This document shows positions 10,901 to 18,076 of a DNA stretch of 64,000 nucleotides, piece after piece. The DNA is from Eubacteriaceae bacterium UBA1433 (GTDB taxonomy: Bacteria; Bacillota; Clostridia; Eubacteriales; UBA1433): the NCBI GenBank assembly GCA_002329295.1, contig DCTT01000018.1, positions 8,866 through 72,865 on the forward strand, in the 5' to 3' direction. Both the position numbers and the translations under genes were made by a program. Under the pieces are notes generated by a model. The model saw only the letters and a program-made list of their open reading frames with translations. It had not been told where the DNA came from and searched no databases. Numbering within the stretch: the first letter of the stretch is position 1; each line of letters starts with the position of its first letter.

Positions 10901-11207
10901 CAATCAGTTGAATGATATAAATGACCTTTTTTTTCGGGATGGCCACTCGTTCCTGGTAACGATAGATTTTTTGTTGTTCTTTGGATAATCGCTTATATTT
11001 TGATTTTGGAATAGGGGCGAACTCTTCTTTGATTTTTGCGTGATATAATTTTTTTTGTTCCGCCGTCATTTTTGGGGGTTTTGGAGAAGCGGGATAAGCG
11101 GCGTTCTTGTGTTGTTGCTTCTTAATACTTTTTTTAAACTTATCCAAAAAAGAAGCAGAATTTTTTTTCGCAGGGTTTTTTTTGGGTTTCTTAATTTTTT
11201 TATCCAT
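7989..11207 (-). CDS. Class A penicillin-binding protein (PBP1A family) with a Lys-rich cytoplasmic tail and C-terminal Ig-like domains
   Basis: Glycosyltransferase motif EDERFYTHQGID, transpeptidase SSTKP. Start set at ATG 11207 (MDKKIKK), 6 nt after GGAGG; the track start 11222 would overlap that ribosome-binding site. The last ~190 aa look like Big_2/DUF5011-type beta-sandwich repeats. Confidence 0.9.
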   Translation of the reverse strand: MDKKIKKPKKNPAKKNSASFLDKFKKSIKKQQHKNAAYPASPKPPKMTAEQKKLYHAKIKEEFAPIPKSKYKRLSKEQQKIYRYQERVAIPKKKVIYIIQLIAVAGFALILLGGTILSFFGFYWIATAPDIDLENLKYIESSIIVDKDGHFYQELQGKEKRKAVGIDQIPEQVQFAFIAIEDERFYTHQGIDLKGITRAVLNIVKKRSLSGPGGSTITQQLIKGTHLSDVKRIQRKVMEWKLSIELENMLTKDQILAAYLNKINFAWAWGIESASNTFFDKPCSELTLAQSAVLAAMPQAPSIYLPFVLETNTEDNVSYIVSATDEAGNKYYPLNPKNAERAKLVLNKMLELKYIVKAEYDIAIQQIDSGNVGLRPESASSTVYSYFTDALYEQLLKDMVNKYGYTQESAQDTLLNGGLVIHSTLDPQIQSILEKNASNSRLFPSQSSTARAASAAKSAATGETVNYIPQCAMVVIDNQTGYVAGLIGGREKTASLSLNRATRKFQVGSSTKPLTVYGPGLDTGVLTLATTFDDVRINAGGWKPTNSGGGQSGMTTVRNGLAKSLNLVAAQAWYLVGVETSSSYALKLGLELEESDYGAAALSLGGYTRGQTPLVMAAAFTTFPNQGIRTDPLLYTAVYDREGNLLFENKAEKTQVFSPATSYLITDVLQMVVRGGTTSISISGIPVAGKTGTTDERRHAYFCGYTPYYTGAVWYGYDENKVIANGQTYTLNIGIFGGSKPGPAYMWEVNMREIHSAKGLSSGSFPARPDNIVTAAVDNVSGKLPTELSSRDPRGSRVYTEMFIAGTVPSEPDDFHQELVLCNVSGKTATQYCPPDLVTKKVVIVKPDSRFPAGVKALNPTFVPANEQDVVYFPAEGEAENCPIHNASSVAAIDLYYGGSAPNDVTVNQNDTVTFTVQGTNAIGGQVSGLTNLSAGTSNNNVASVSISGNNVTVKGKKGGNAVITVTYTDPHGSAFSTSVNVTVKTTVITVPVIVLNPTSTTVNKGGPLPDFTTFIYSVTDGTDGNIPFGNVSINSSAVNVDQPGTYSVIYSVTNSLGKTGTATLTVKVVQP

Positions 11208-11342
11208 ATATGTCCTCCGCATAAAGCGTATGTCGTTTTTATGTTTATAACAGACAAATAATACCTTTTTTTATGAGAAAAGTCAACTTTTATGAGAAAT
11301 ATGGTAGAATAGAAAGCAAGATAATAAATGACGGAGGTTGAC

Positions 11343-12092
11343 ATGGCCGGACATTCAAAATGGGCAAACATTAAACATAAAAAGGAAAGACAAGATTCAA
11401 AAAAAGGAAAAATTTTTACGAAACATGCACGCGCCATTGCAGTAGCTGCCAAAGAGGGCGGATCAGATCCGGAGATGAATGCTAAATTAAAAGATGCGAT
11501 TCTAAAGGCAAAAATGGAAAATATGCCTAACGATAACATTGACAGAGCCATTAAAAAAGGCAGTGGAGAAATGCAAGGCCAAAACTTTGAAGAAATTACT
11601 TATGAAGGCTATGGTCCCGGGGGAGCTGCAGTCATTGTTTTTACGTTAACAGATAACAAAAATCGTACTGCAGCAGATGTGCGCTATATTTTTGATAAAA
11701 ACAAAGGCAACTTAGGCACCAGCGGATGTGTGTCATATCTATTTGCAAAAAAAGGACAGATATTTATTTCTTCAGAGGCCACAGATGAAGACACACTTTT
11801 CACCGTTGCCCTTGAAAACGGGGCAGAAGATATTTTAAGCAGTGAAGAGGGTTATGAAATATTGACGAAAGAAGCAGATTTTGCATCGGTCTACAATGCG
11901 TTTACAGAGAACAGCATTGCTGTATTGGAAGCGCAAGTGGCTATGATACCTTCCAGTGAAACATTGATAGAAGGGGAGAACGTGCAACGTTTCGAAAAAA
12001 TGTTGGACATGTTTTCTGAGAATGACGATGTGCAAGAAATTTGGCATAACGGGATTTATGAAGAAGAGCAGGAAAACAATGAATCAAAATAA
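11343..12092 (+). CDS. YebC/PmpR family DNA-binding transcriptional regulator
   Basis: N-terminus MAGHSKWANIKHKK. GGAGG lies 5 nt upstream of ATG 11343. Confidence 0.92.
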   Translation: MAGHSKWANIKHKKERQDSKKGKIFTKHARAIAVAAKEGGSDPEMNAKLKDAILKAKMENMPNDNIDRAIKKGSGEMQGQNFEEITYEGYGPGGAAVIVFTLTDNKNRTAADVRYIFDKNKGNLGTSGCVSYLFAKKGQIFISSEATDEDTLFTVALENGAEDILSSEEGYEILTKEADFASVYNAFTENSIAVLEAQVAMIPSSETLIEGENVQRFEKMLDMFSENDDVQEIWHNGIYEEEQENNESK

Positions 12093-12690
12093 AGAAAAAT
12101 CCGGTACGGGTGAAAAGAAGAGAGATACTTACAGGACCCGCTTCGCAGCACTGGCAAAGTCCTTTTTAAAAATAGGCGCATTTACTTTTGGTGGCGGCTA
12201 TGCGATGATTCCGTTAATTTCCAGAGAAATGGTGGAAAAGCACGGCTGGCTTACCGACAAAGAAATGCTGGACATTTTTGCAGTTGCCGAGTGCACGCCG
12301 GGAGTCATTGCCGTAAATTGTGCAACGTTTGTGGGGTATAAAGTTGCAGGGTATACAGGAGCAACTTTGGCAACCATTTGTGTTGTTTTTCCGGCTTTTG
12401 TCATTATCAGCACTATTTCTTTGTTTGTTCATGCGTTTAAAAATTTGGAGTGGGTAGCCTATGCGTTTTCAGGTATCCGTGTAGGAATTATTATTTTATT
12501 GTTTATGGCCTTGCTAAAATTTGTGAAGCATATTGACAAAAATATTTTCAGTATATTGTTGATAGCCGCAGCCTTTCTCCTGAGCGCATTTACAACAATA
12601 AATACGATTTGGTTGTTGATGGGGGCGATTGTTTTGGGCATATTCATTAACCTGTACAAGGTCTGCCGCTGCAAAAGGGGGGGAAAATAA
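12079..12690 (+). CDS. Chromate transporter (ChrA family, first half-size subunit)
   Basis: FGGGYAMIPL and ECTPGVIAVN motifs. Start at ATG 12079 (MNQNKEK), overlapping the yebC-family stop. Confidence 0.85.
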   Translation: MNQNKEKSGTGEKKRDTYRTRFAALAKSFLKIGAFTFGGGYAMIPLISREMVEKHGWLTDKEMLDIFAVAECTPGVIAVNCATFVGYKVAGYTGATLATICVVFPAFVIISTISLFVHAFKNLEWVAYAFSGIRVGIIILLFMALLKFVKHIDKNIFSILLIAAAFLLSAFTTINTIWLLMGAIVLGIFINLYKVCRCKRGGK

Positions 12691-12693
12691 ACC

Positions 12694-13278
12694 ATGTATG
12701 TGCTGTTGGATTTATTCGTTACGTTTTTTGAAATAGGTTTATTTACCATTGGCGGCGGTTATGCAATGATTCCGTTGATTCAGCAGGAAGTGGTGGCAAA
12801 AGGTTGGATCAACATGATGGATATGATGGACTTTATTGCCATTGCCGAATCCACACCGGGACCCTTTGCTGTCAATATTGCCACTTTTAGCGGGATGTTT
12901 ACATCAGGCTTGGCAGGTGCAGTTGCCGCAACGGTAGGGGTAGTGATGCCTTCATTTATTATTATTTTGCTCATTGCGCGAAAATCTGCGAATATTTTTG
13001 CCAACTCTTATGTACGCAGTGCATTGTGCACGATACGTCCGGTGATTGTAGGACTTATCACGGTAGTAATTTTTCGTTTTGCAAAACTGGGGTTTGTAAC
13101 AGCCAACACAACCCGTTTTCCTATAGAAATTAGAGCAGCGGTTACATTGTTTTTGCTGGGAGTTATTTGGTTTGTGCAAAAACGAAGGGGAAAAAAATTC
13201 AGCCCTGTTATGGTTGTTTTGGCGTCTGCCGGTCTGGGGATCATTCTTTACGGAATCATTCCACGCTTATTTGCGTAG
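12694..13278 (+). CDS. Chromate transporter (ChrA family, second half-size subunit)
   Basis: IGGGYAMIPL and ESTPGPFAVN motifs, paralogous to the preceding ORF. Confidence 0.85.
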   Translation: MYVLLDLFVTFFEIGLFTIGGGYAMIPLIQQEVVAKGWINMMDMMDFIAIAESTPGPFAVNIATFSGMFTSGLAGAVAATVGVVMPSFIIILLIARKSANIFANSYVRSALCTIRPVIVGLITVVIFRFAKLGFVTANTTRFPIEIRAAVTLFLLGVIWFVQKRRGKKFSPVMVVLASAGLGIILYGIIPRLFA

Positions 13279-13280
13279 TT

Positions 13281-13982
13281 TTATAGGAGTGTGTTGATAA
13301 TTTTTTGGATGGCAAGAATTTTTTGATGCGCTTCATCCATGGCTTGTTTGGCACGAGGAGAAGTTTTGTTATGACAGGTAGCAAGAATTTTTTCTTGCTG
13401 CCTTTTTTTGTAATTCAAAAAAGGCAGCAGTTCTTCGCAGGGTTCTGATAAACAAAGATAAGGAATATGATAATAAATATCTTCGCGAAACTGCTTTTTT
13501 GAAGCGGGACAAGCGCAGATGATTTCATAAAATTTTGCTTCTTCTTTGACAAGGTGTTCTGCGACAATTTGAAAAGCGTTTTCAATCAAAAAGCGGCGCA
13601 CTTCGGCTATGGCATGCTGAGGTTGTAAAATCAGCTGTTGAAAAGAACGTGTGTGAGACAGATTTTTATTTAGAATCTCAATGATTGTGCTGCCGCCCAT
13701 ACCGGCAATTACAATCGCTTCTACCTCGCCAGGAGCAACATCATCAATGCCGTAAGAGAGGAGTACTTTCGCTTTTCCGGCTTCAATATAAGGCGACAAA
13801 TTCTTGCACGAAACCATATAGGGACCGGATTTGACTTCTACATTGAGTGCATAAGAAATGATCTTGTTTTCAAGCAAGTATTTGGATAAATGCGAATGAT
13901 CGGAGCCGATGTCGGCAATACTGGACAGTCCGTGTAGACAGTCCGCTATTTTCATAAGTCGTGGAGAAAGAATTGTTTTCAT
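13281..13982 (-). CDS. trmK: tRNA (adenine(22)-N(1))-methyltransferase TrmK
   Basis: MKTILSPRLMKIADCL..IADIGSDHSHL matches my recollection of the TrmK/YqfN N-terminus. The track start 14039 would lie inside the upstream terminator. Confidence 0.8.
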   Translation of the reverse strand: MKTILSPRLMKIADCLHGLSSIADIGSDHSHLSKYLLENKIISYALNVEVKSGPYMVSCKNLSPYIEAGKAKVLLSYGIDDVAPGEVEAIVIAGMGGSTIIEILNKNLSHTRSFQQLILQPQHAIAEVRRFLIENAFQIVAEHLVKEEAKFYEIICACPASKKQFREDIYYHIPYLCLSEPCEELLPFLNYKKRQQEKILATCHNKTSPRAKQAMDEAHQKILAIQKIINTLL

Positions 13983-13988
13983 AGTGGC

Positions 13989-14017
13989 ATTATAACATAT
14001 CCAAAGTCTGCTAATAA
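13989..14017 (-). promoter_or_regulatory. Extended -10 promoter ending 6 nt before the trmK ATG (candidate leaderless mRNA)
   Basis: The minus strand reads TTATTA-N17 (spacer ends TGT)-TATAAT-gccact-ATG, with no Shine-Dalgarno sequence. Confidence 0.45.
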
Positions 14018-14023
14018 AAAACA

Positions 14024-14055
14024 GCAATAAAAAAGTCAAGGATTCCTTGACTTTT
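14024..14055 (-). terminator. Intrinsic terminator after the TPM gene
   Basis: aaaagtcaagg / ccttgactttt stem with a 3-nt loop. On the minus strand it is followed by TTTTTTATT. Confidence 0.75.
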
Positions 14056-14078
14056 AGGGTTGTTTTTAGATGATCTCG

Positions 14079-15032
14079 TTAAAATCCGCCGCCACCGCCA
14101 CGGGAGCTGCCACCACCGCCCGAAAACCCGCCGCCACCGCGGGAGCTGCTTCCACCGCCAGAAAATCCACCGCCTCCGCCGCGCGAACTTCCGCCTCCAC
14201 CGCTGAAAAATCCGCCGCCACTGCCGCCAAAGAAGGAGTCATCGTCATCGTCCTTACTGCGGCGCGAGGAACGTGTAGTGTTATCATCATATCGTCTGCG
14301 GGAGGTGGAGATATAAGGCGGGAAAATGCGTCTGCCTCTATAGCTTGAGGTGCTGCGTCTGCGCTTGGAATGCGCAATGAAATAGACAATCAAAATCAAA
14401 ATCAAAATACCCCAAGGAAAAGAGAATGAAGAAGATGAGGTAGTATTACGGGGAGCGGTTGATGCAGTGGTGCCGACTTTGGGTTTCGGAGTCGGTTGGG
14501 GTGAAACAGTAGTACCGCCAGGATGAAACCCGTATATTTGCGCCACTTCGCTATAAAGCACATCAAAGGTTTTTCGTGTACCGATGCTGTATCTGCCGTT
14601 TAAAAAATCGTCTTTTAGATACGTGTTTAATATTTGACCAAGCTCGCCGGAAGGCAGGGAGTGTTCCAATCCTTTGCCCTGCAAGGCCCAGGCTCTGTTT
14701 TCGCCCACAACCATCAGCAACAAAACACCGTTGTTTTTTTGAGCGGAACCTATTTTCCACTGATTAAACAAGGTATAAGCGTAATCCTCAATTTCCATAC
14801 CGTCTAAATAATCCACGGTAACAACAACGATTTGTGCGCCGGTATTTTCGTAGAGTGAAATGTTTTTTTCTATGATATAGGCCTCTAAATCGCTGTCCAA
14901 TACGTCGGCATAGTCTGCAACATAAAAATCACTTGTAGGAGATGGAATCGCAGCCGAGACAGCTGTTGTCGGCACAAAAACCAAAAGAACCAAAAGTGCC
15001 AATGCGATTAGTCGCAATTTTCGTGTTTTCAT
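14079..15032 (-). CDS. TPM domain-containing protein (YgcG-like) with a Gly-rich C-terminal tail
   Basis: Signal peptide, TPM core YVADYADVL..GAQIVVVTV..NNGVLLLMV, one TM helix, then GGGGFSGGGSSSR-type repeats. Confidence 0.88.
   Translation of the reverse strand: MKTRKLRLIALALLVLLVFVPTTAVSAAIPSPTSDFYVADYADVLDSDLEAYIIEKNISLYENTGAQIVVVTVDYLDGMEIEDYAYTLFNQWKIGSAQKNNGVLLLMVVGENRAWALQGKGLEHSLPSGELGQILNTYLKDDFLNGRYSIGTRKTFDVLYSEVAQIYGFHPGGTTVSPQPTPKPKVGTTASTAPRNTTSSSSFSFPWGILILILIVYFIAHSKRRRSTSSYRGRRIFPPYISTSRRRYDDNTTRSSRRSKDDDDDSFFGGSGGGFFSGGGGSSRGGGGGFSGGGSSSRGGGGFSGGGGSSRGGGGGF
14085..14235 (-). repeat. Degenerate tandem coding repeat (Gly/Ser/Phe/Arg low-complexity tail)
   Basis: ccgccgccaccgcc..ggagctgc units recur. 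It encodes (G3-5 F S G3-4 S2-3 R)n and creates shadow ORFs in other frames. Confidence 0.8.
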
Positions 15033-15042
15033 TTCGTATCTC

Positions 15043-15591
15043 CTAATTAAAATATTCCAGTTTTTTTAGTCCGGAAAGTTTGCTTAAAATATTTGCCGGA
15101 AAAGAATTTAAGACTTCGTTGTATTTTGCCGCATAGCTGTTGTAAGGATCGTGGCTGATGGTGCTTTGCCTCGAAGTAAAGTCGGTATACAATCTTGCGC
15201 GATAAGAGGCATCCTTGGATGAAAGAGGGTATTTTTCCAATTCAGCGTAAAGTGCCGTTACCGCATCGCCGAGTTTTTTGTTTGCCGTATATTTGCCGCT
15301 GATGGTTTTCGCTGCGAACAATTCATCGGAAGCGGCCTGCACATTGGTGATAAGAACATCAGTAGAGTTGATATAGTTTTGTGCAAGGGTGATAAAATTA
15401 CGCGCAAGATTGATGCGCTCACTCAAGTCGTTTTGAATGCTGAGTGTGGAATTGTCCTCGCCGTTATAAAAAACATTTTCTGCTTCCGAGGCCAAATCGG
15501 AAAGTCCGTTTCTACTCGATATGAGCGTGGAAACAATGATAATGGCCAGCATCAGCACAAAGGCAAAATGCCGGTTTTTAAAAAGAAACAT
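15043..15591 (-). CDS. LemA family-like membrane protein (divergent)
   Basis: N-terminal TM helix. C-terminus YN..AAKYNEVLNSFPANILSKLSGLKKLEYF matches the LemA YN..YN...FP.N....G.K...YF signature. A LemA gene is typically found next to a TPM gene. Confidence 0.62.
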   Translation of the reverse strand: MFLFKNRHFAFVLMLAIIIVSTLISSRNGLSDLASEAENVFYNGEDNSTLSIQNDLSERINLARNFITLAQNYINSTDVLITNVQAASDELFAAKTISGKYTANKKLGDAVTALYAELEKYPLSSKDASYRARLYTDFTSRQSTISHDPYNSYAAKYNEVLNSFPANILSKLSGLKKLEYFN

Positions 15592-15618
15592 TCAAATATC
15601 TCCGTTATATTTAATGGT

Positions 15619-16794
15619 TTAACCTTGGCGAATATCAAGCAATTTTTGTTTCAGTTCGGTTTCGATACGAACCAGTTCGCCTTCGGCACTCTTGCGCTTG
15701 GCACGTCCTTCATTTTGTATTTTTACAACTTCATCCAATGTAGTAATCAGCATTTGATTTGTAGCGGTCAGCGTTTCAATATCGATAATGCCACGCTCAG
15801 ATTCTCTGGCCGCTTCAATGGTGCCGGTTTTTAATGTTTCTGCATTTTTGCGCAACAATTCGTTGGTCATATCAGTAACTTCACGTTGGGCTTTGATGGC
15901 CTCTTGCGAATGAGCGAGACCCAATGCCAGTACCATTTGGCTTTTCCAAAGCGGAATGGTGTTTACCAGAGTAGACTGGATTTTTTCGGTCATCAAAGTA
16001 TCGTTGTTTTGAATCAGACGAATTTGCGGTGCCATTTGAATGGAAACGGCACGAGTAAGCTGCAGGTCATGAAGTTTCTTTTCGAAACGATCATAGAGTG
16101 CAGCCAGATCATTGGCGACCTGTGAATCTTCGGCAAGGCCGGAGCGTTTGGCTTTTTCAATCGCTTCGGGCAATTTTGTTTTGCGCAGTTCTTCCAGGCG
16201 TTTTTTGCCGGCAAGAATATACATGGATAATTCTTTAAAATGAATCAAATTGGCTTTGTACATTTCATCGAGCATCGCAATGTCTTTTAGCAACTGTATT
16301 TGATGACCTTCCAAAGTATTGCTGATCTTTTCTACGTTTACTTCAGCTTTATCGTAGCTTGCTTTCAGTGCGGCAATTTTTTTGGCACCCTTTTTGAAAA
16401 ATCCGAAAAAGCCCTTGCTTTCTTGGTTGGCCGAAAATCCTCTGAGTTCAACTACCAGCTCTGAGAGCATATCGCCCACTTCGCCTAAATCTTTTGTACG
16501 AATGCTTTCCAAAGCCGCTTCCGAGAAATCGGCGATTTTTTGTTGAGCGGCCGCACCATATTGTAGAATAGCGGATTGGTTATGAATCTCAATTTTTTTT
16601 GAAAAAGCTTCTACGGCTTGCAACTCTTCCGGCGTAAGGCTCTCTGCGTTAACGCTTGCCAAAGGGTCTTCTTTTTCTTCGTTTTTTATTTCGGCAAGCG
16701 CTTGTTCCGCCACATAGGGCTCTAATACCAGTTCAGGAACAAGATCTTCAATTTTTTGTTCTGCGACAGGCTGTAGTTGTTGATTGTTTTCCAT
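15619..16794 (-). CDS. telA: Toxic anion resistance protein TelA/YaaN family
   Basis: 391 aa, all-helical TelA-like sequence. Adjacent to an XpaC-like gene, as with B. subtilis yaaN-xpaC. Confidence 0.8.
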   Translation of the reverse strand: MENNQQLQPVAEQKIEDLVPELVLEPYVAEQALAEIKNEEKEDPLASVNAESLTPEELQAVEAFSKKIEIHNQSAILQYGAAAQQKIADFSEAALESIRTKDLGEVGDMLSELVVELRGFSANQESKGFFGFFKKGAKKIAALKASYDKAEVNVEKISNTLEGHQIQLLKDIAMLDEMYKANLIHFKELSMYILAGKKRLEELRKTKLPEAIEKAKRSGLAEDSQVANDLAALYDRFEKKLHDLQLTRAVSIQMAPQIRLIQNNDTLMTEKIQSTLVNTIPLWKSQMVLALGLAHSQEAIKAQREVTDMTNELLRKNAETLKTGTIEAARESERGIIDIETLTATNQMLITTLDEVVKIQNEGRAKRKSAEGELVRIETELKQKLLDIRQG

Positions 16795-16809
16795 AAATTA
16801 CCTCCGAAT

Positions 16810-17517
16810 TTATTGTTTTAAAGTTATTTGATCAGGGTCTGTTTCAAAATCGGCATTTTGCAGCAGACCGTCTTTAGAAAGCATGTTTTCAAGTACAGTA
16901 ATATCAGTCGATATATCCAGTTTCTCGTGAGAGAACATGTTATCCAGTTGTTTTTTAAAAGCTTGCGAAATATCGTCCATGGCTGTGCGGATTTTGGACA
17001 TGCCTAAAGAAACATTTTCGCTTTCAATGTTTTGAAGCTCTAACTTATGATAAGAATTGAGCAGTTTGATGGTGGTTGGCAAATAATAATTCATAAATTT
17101 TCGCAGCTGTGGTTGTTTGGAGGGTTGCGCTTGCAAAGCTTTTAGTATCTTGACGGCAGTATCTTCAATCTCAACGATTTTATTGGATAAGTCTTCATTG
17201 ACAATTTTTTCATTGGCTTGTTGGAGTTCAGTGATGTATCCGGTTCCCTGCACAATAAGAGCGTCTGCATCGGCATCGCCCGTTTTGGTCATCGGCACAT
17301 TGCGATAAATAACAGTTTCTTTTTTCGGTGCAAATTTTTCCGCAATAATATAAACAATGATTGAAGCAACAATGGCAATGACAAAATCTTTGATGCGGTA
17401 CATCGGCAATAAAATTGTACACAAAACCCATGTAGCCGCCACTGCATAAAAGGGAATGGCTGAACGGGTAATAAATTTGATTTCTTCTTTTTCGAGACCC
17501 AAGGTTTTGTTGTCCAT
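16810..17517 (-). CDS. xpaC: XpaC-like protein (5-bromo-4-chloroindolyl phosphate hydrolysis protein family)
   Basis: 235 aa. Two N-terminal TM helices plus a helical cytoplasmic domain, paired with telA. Confidence 0.6.
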   Translation of the reverse strand: MDNKTLGLEKEEIKFITRSAIPFYAVAATWVLCTILLPMYRIKDFVIAIVASIIVYIIAEKFAPKKETVIYRNVPMTKTGDADADALIVQGTGYITELQQANEKIVNEDLSNKIVEIEDTAVKILKALQAQPSKQPQLRKFMNYYLPTTIKLLNSYHKLELQNIESENVSLGMSKIRTAMDDISQAFKKQLDNMFSHEKLDISTDITVLENMLSKDGLLQNADFETDPDQITLKQ

Positions 17518-17952
17518 TTGCGTTTTCCTTTATAACAAAATCAAGTCGGCAAAAAAGGTCTTTACGGTTTTACAAAATAAGAATGCCGATTATAATCAGT
17601 CTAATTATATACGATTTAGAGAAAAATACAAAGAGATTCCATGAATATCACATTTTTTTACAATGAGATTTTTGACTGCATTTTATTGAGAAAATATTGT
17701 CAAAGCACATCGGACAACATTTTTAACATAGGTGTATGGGCATAAGGTTTTTATTCGGAGGATCAAAGGGATTGCTTTATTTTTTATTGCTGTTCTTGAC
17801 AATATTGCAAATTACCTATTCATTTTTGAAAACCTGAAACAATAAATGGTATTATTATGATAAATATAAAAAATTATTATAGTAAAAGCCAATTCATTTC
17901 TTAATATTTATATGGCAAAAGTATATCGTTTTGGATGAGAAGAAAGAATATC

Positions 17953-17981
17953 TTGACAAATCCAAAAAGAAGCGATATAAT
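17953..17981 (+). promoter_or_regulatory. Consensus sigma-A type promoter of the ABC exporter operon
   Basis: TTGACA (17953-17958), 17-nt spacer, TATAAT (17976-17981). Confidence 0.7.
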
Positions 17982-17990
17982 TCAAACAAA

Positions 17991-18006
17991 GTTAGCGTGC
18001 TCTAAC
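17991..18006. promoter_or_regulatory. Palindromic operator candidate GTTAG-N6-CTAAC
   Basis: gttagcgtgctctaac, about +3 to +18 relative to the predicted transcription start site. Confidence 0.55.
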
Positions 18007-18024
18007 TATATTTTTTACACAAGG

Positions 18025-18040
18025 GTTAGAATAATCTAAC
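18025..18040. promoter_or_regulatory. Palindromic operator candidate GTTAG-N6-CTAAC
   Basis: gttagaataatctaac, 37 nt upstream of the ABC gene start. Confidence 0.55.
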
Positions 18041-18076
18041 TGCCTGCGGAATATTACCATTGCATATTGGGAGTTT

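Noticed and set aside
14066-14389. Ala/Pro-rich ORFs on both strands (14066-14389 -, 14070-14348 +) overlapping the TPM gene tail.
   Set aside because: They are alternative-frame readings of the GC-rich Gly-codon repeat that encodes the TPM protein's GGGGFSGGG tail, not independent genes.
17772-17837. 21-codon TTG-initiated hydrophobic ORF (LYFLLLFLTILQITYSFLKT) after a GGAGGA in the 560-bp AT-rich intergenic region. This raised the question of a type I toxin-like peptide.
   Set aside because: It has a non-ATG start with marginal spacing (10 nt) and no antisense RNA or terminator features. AT-rich sequence easily yields Leu/Phe/Ile-rich frames, so the evidence is insufficient.
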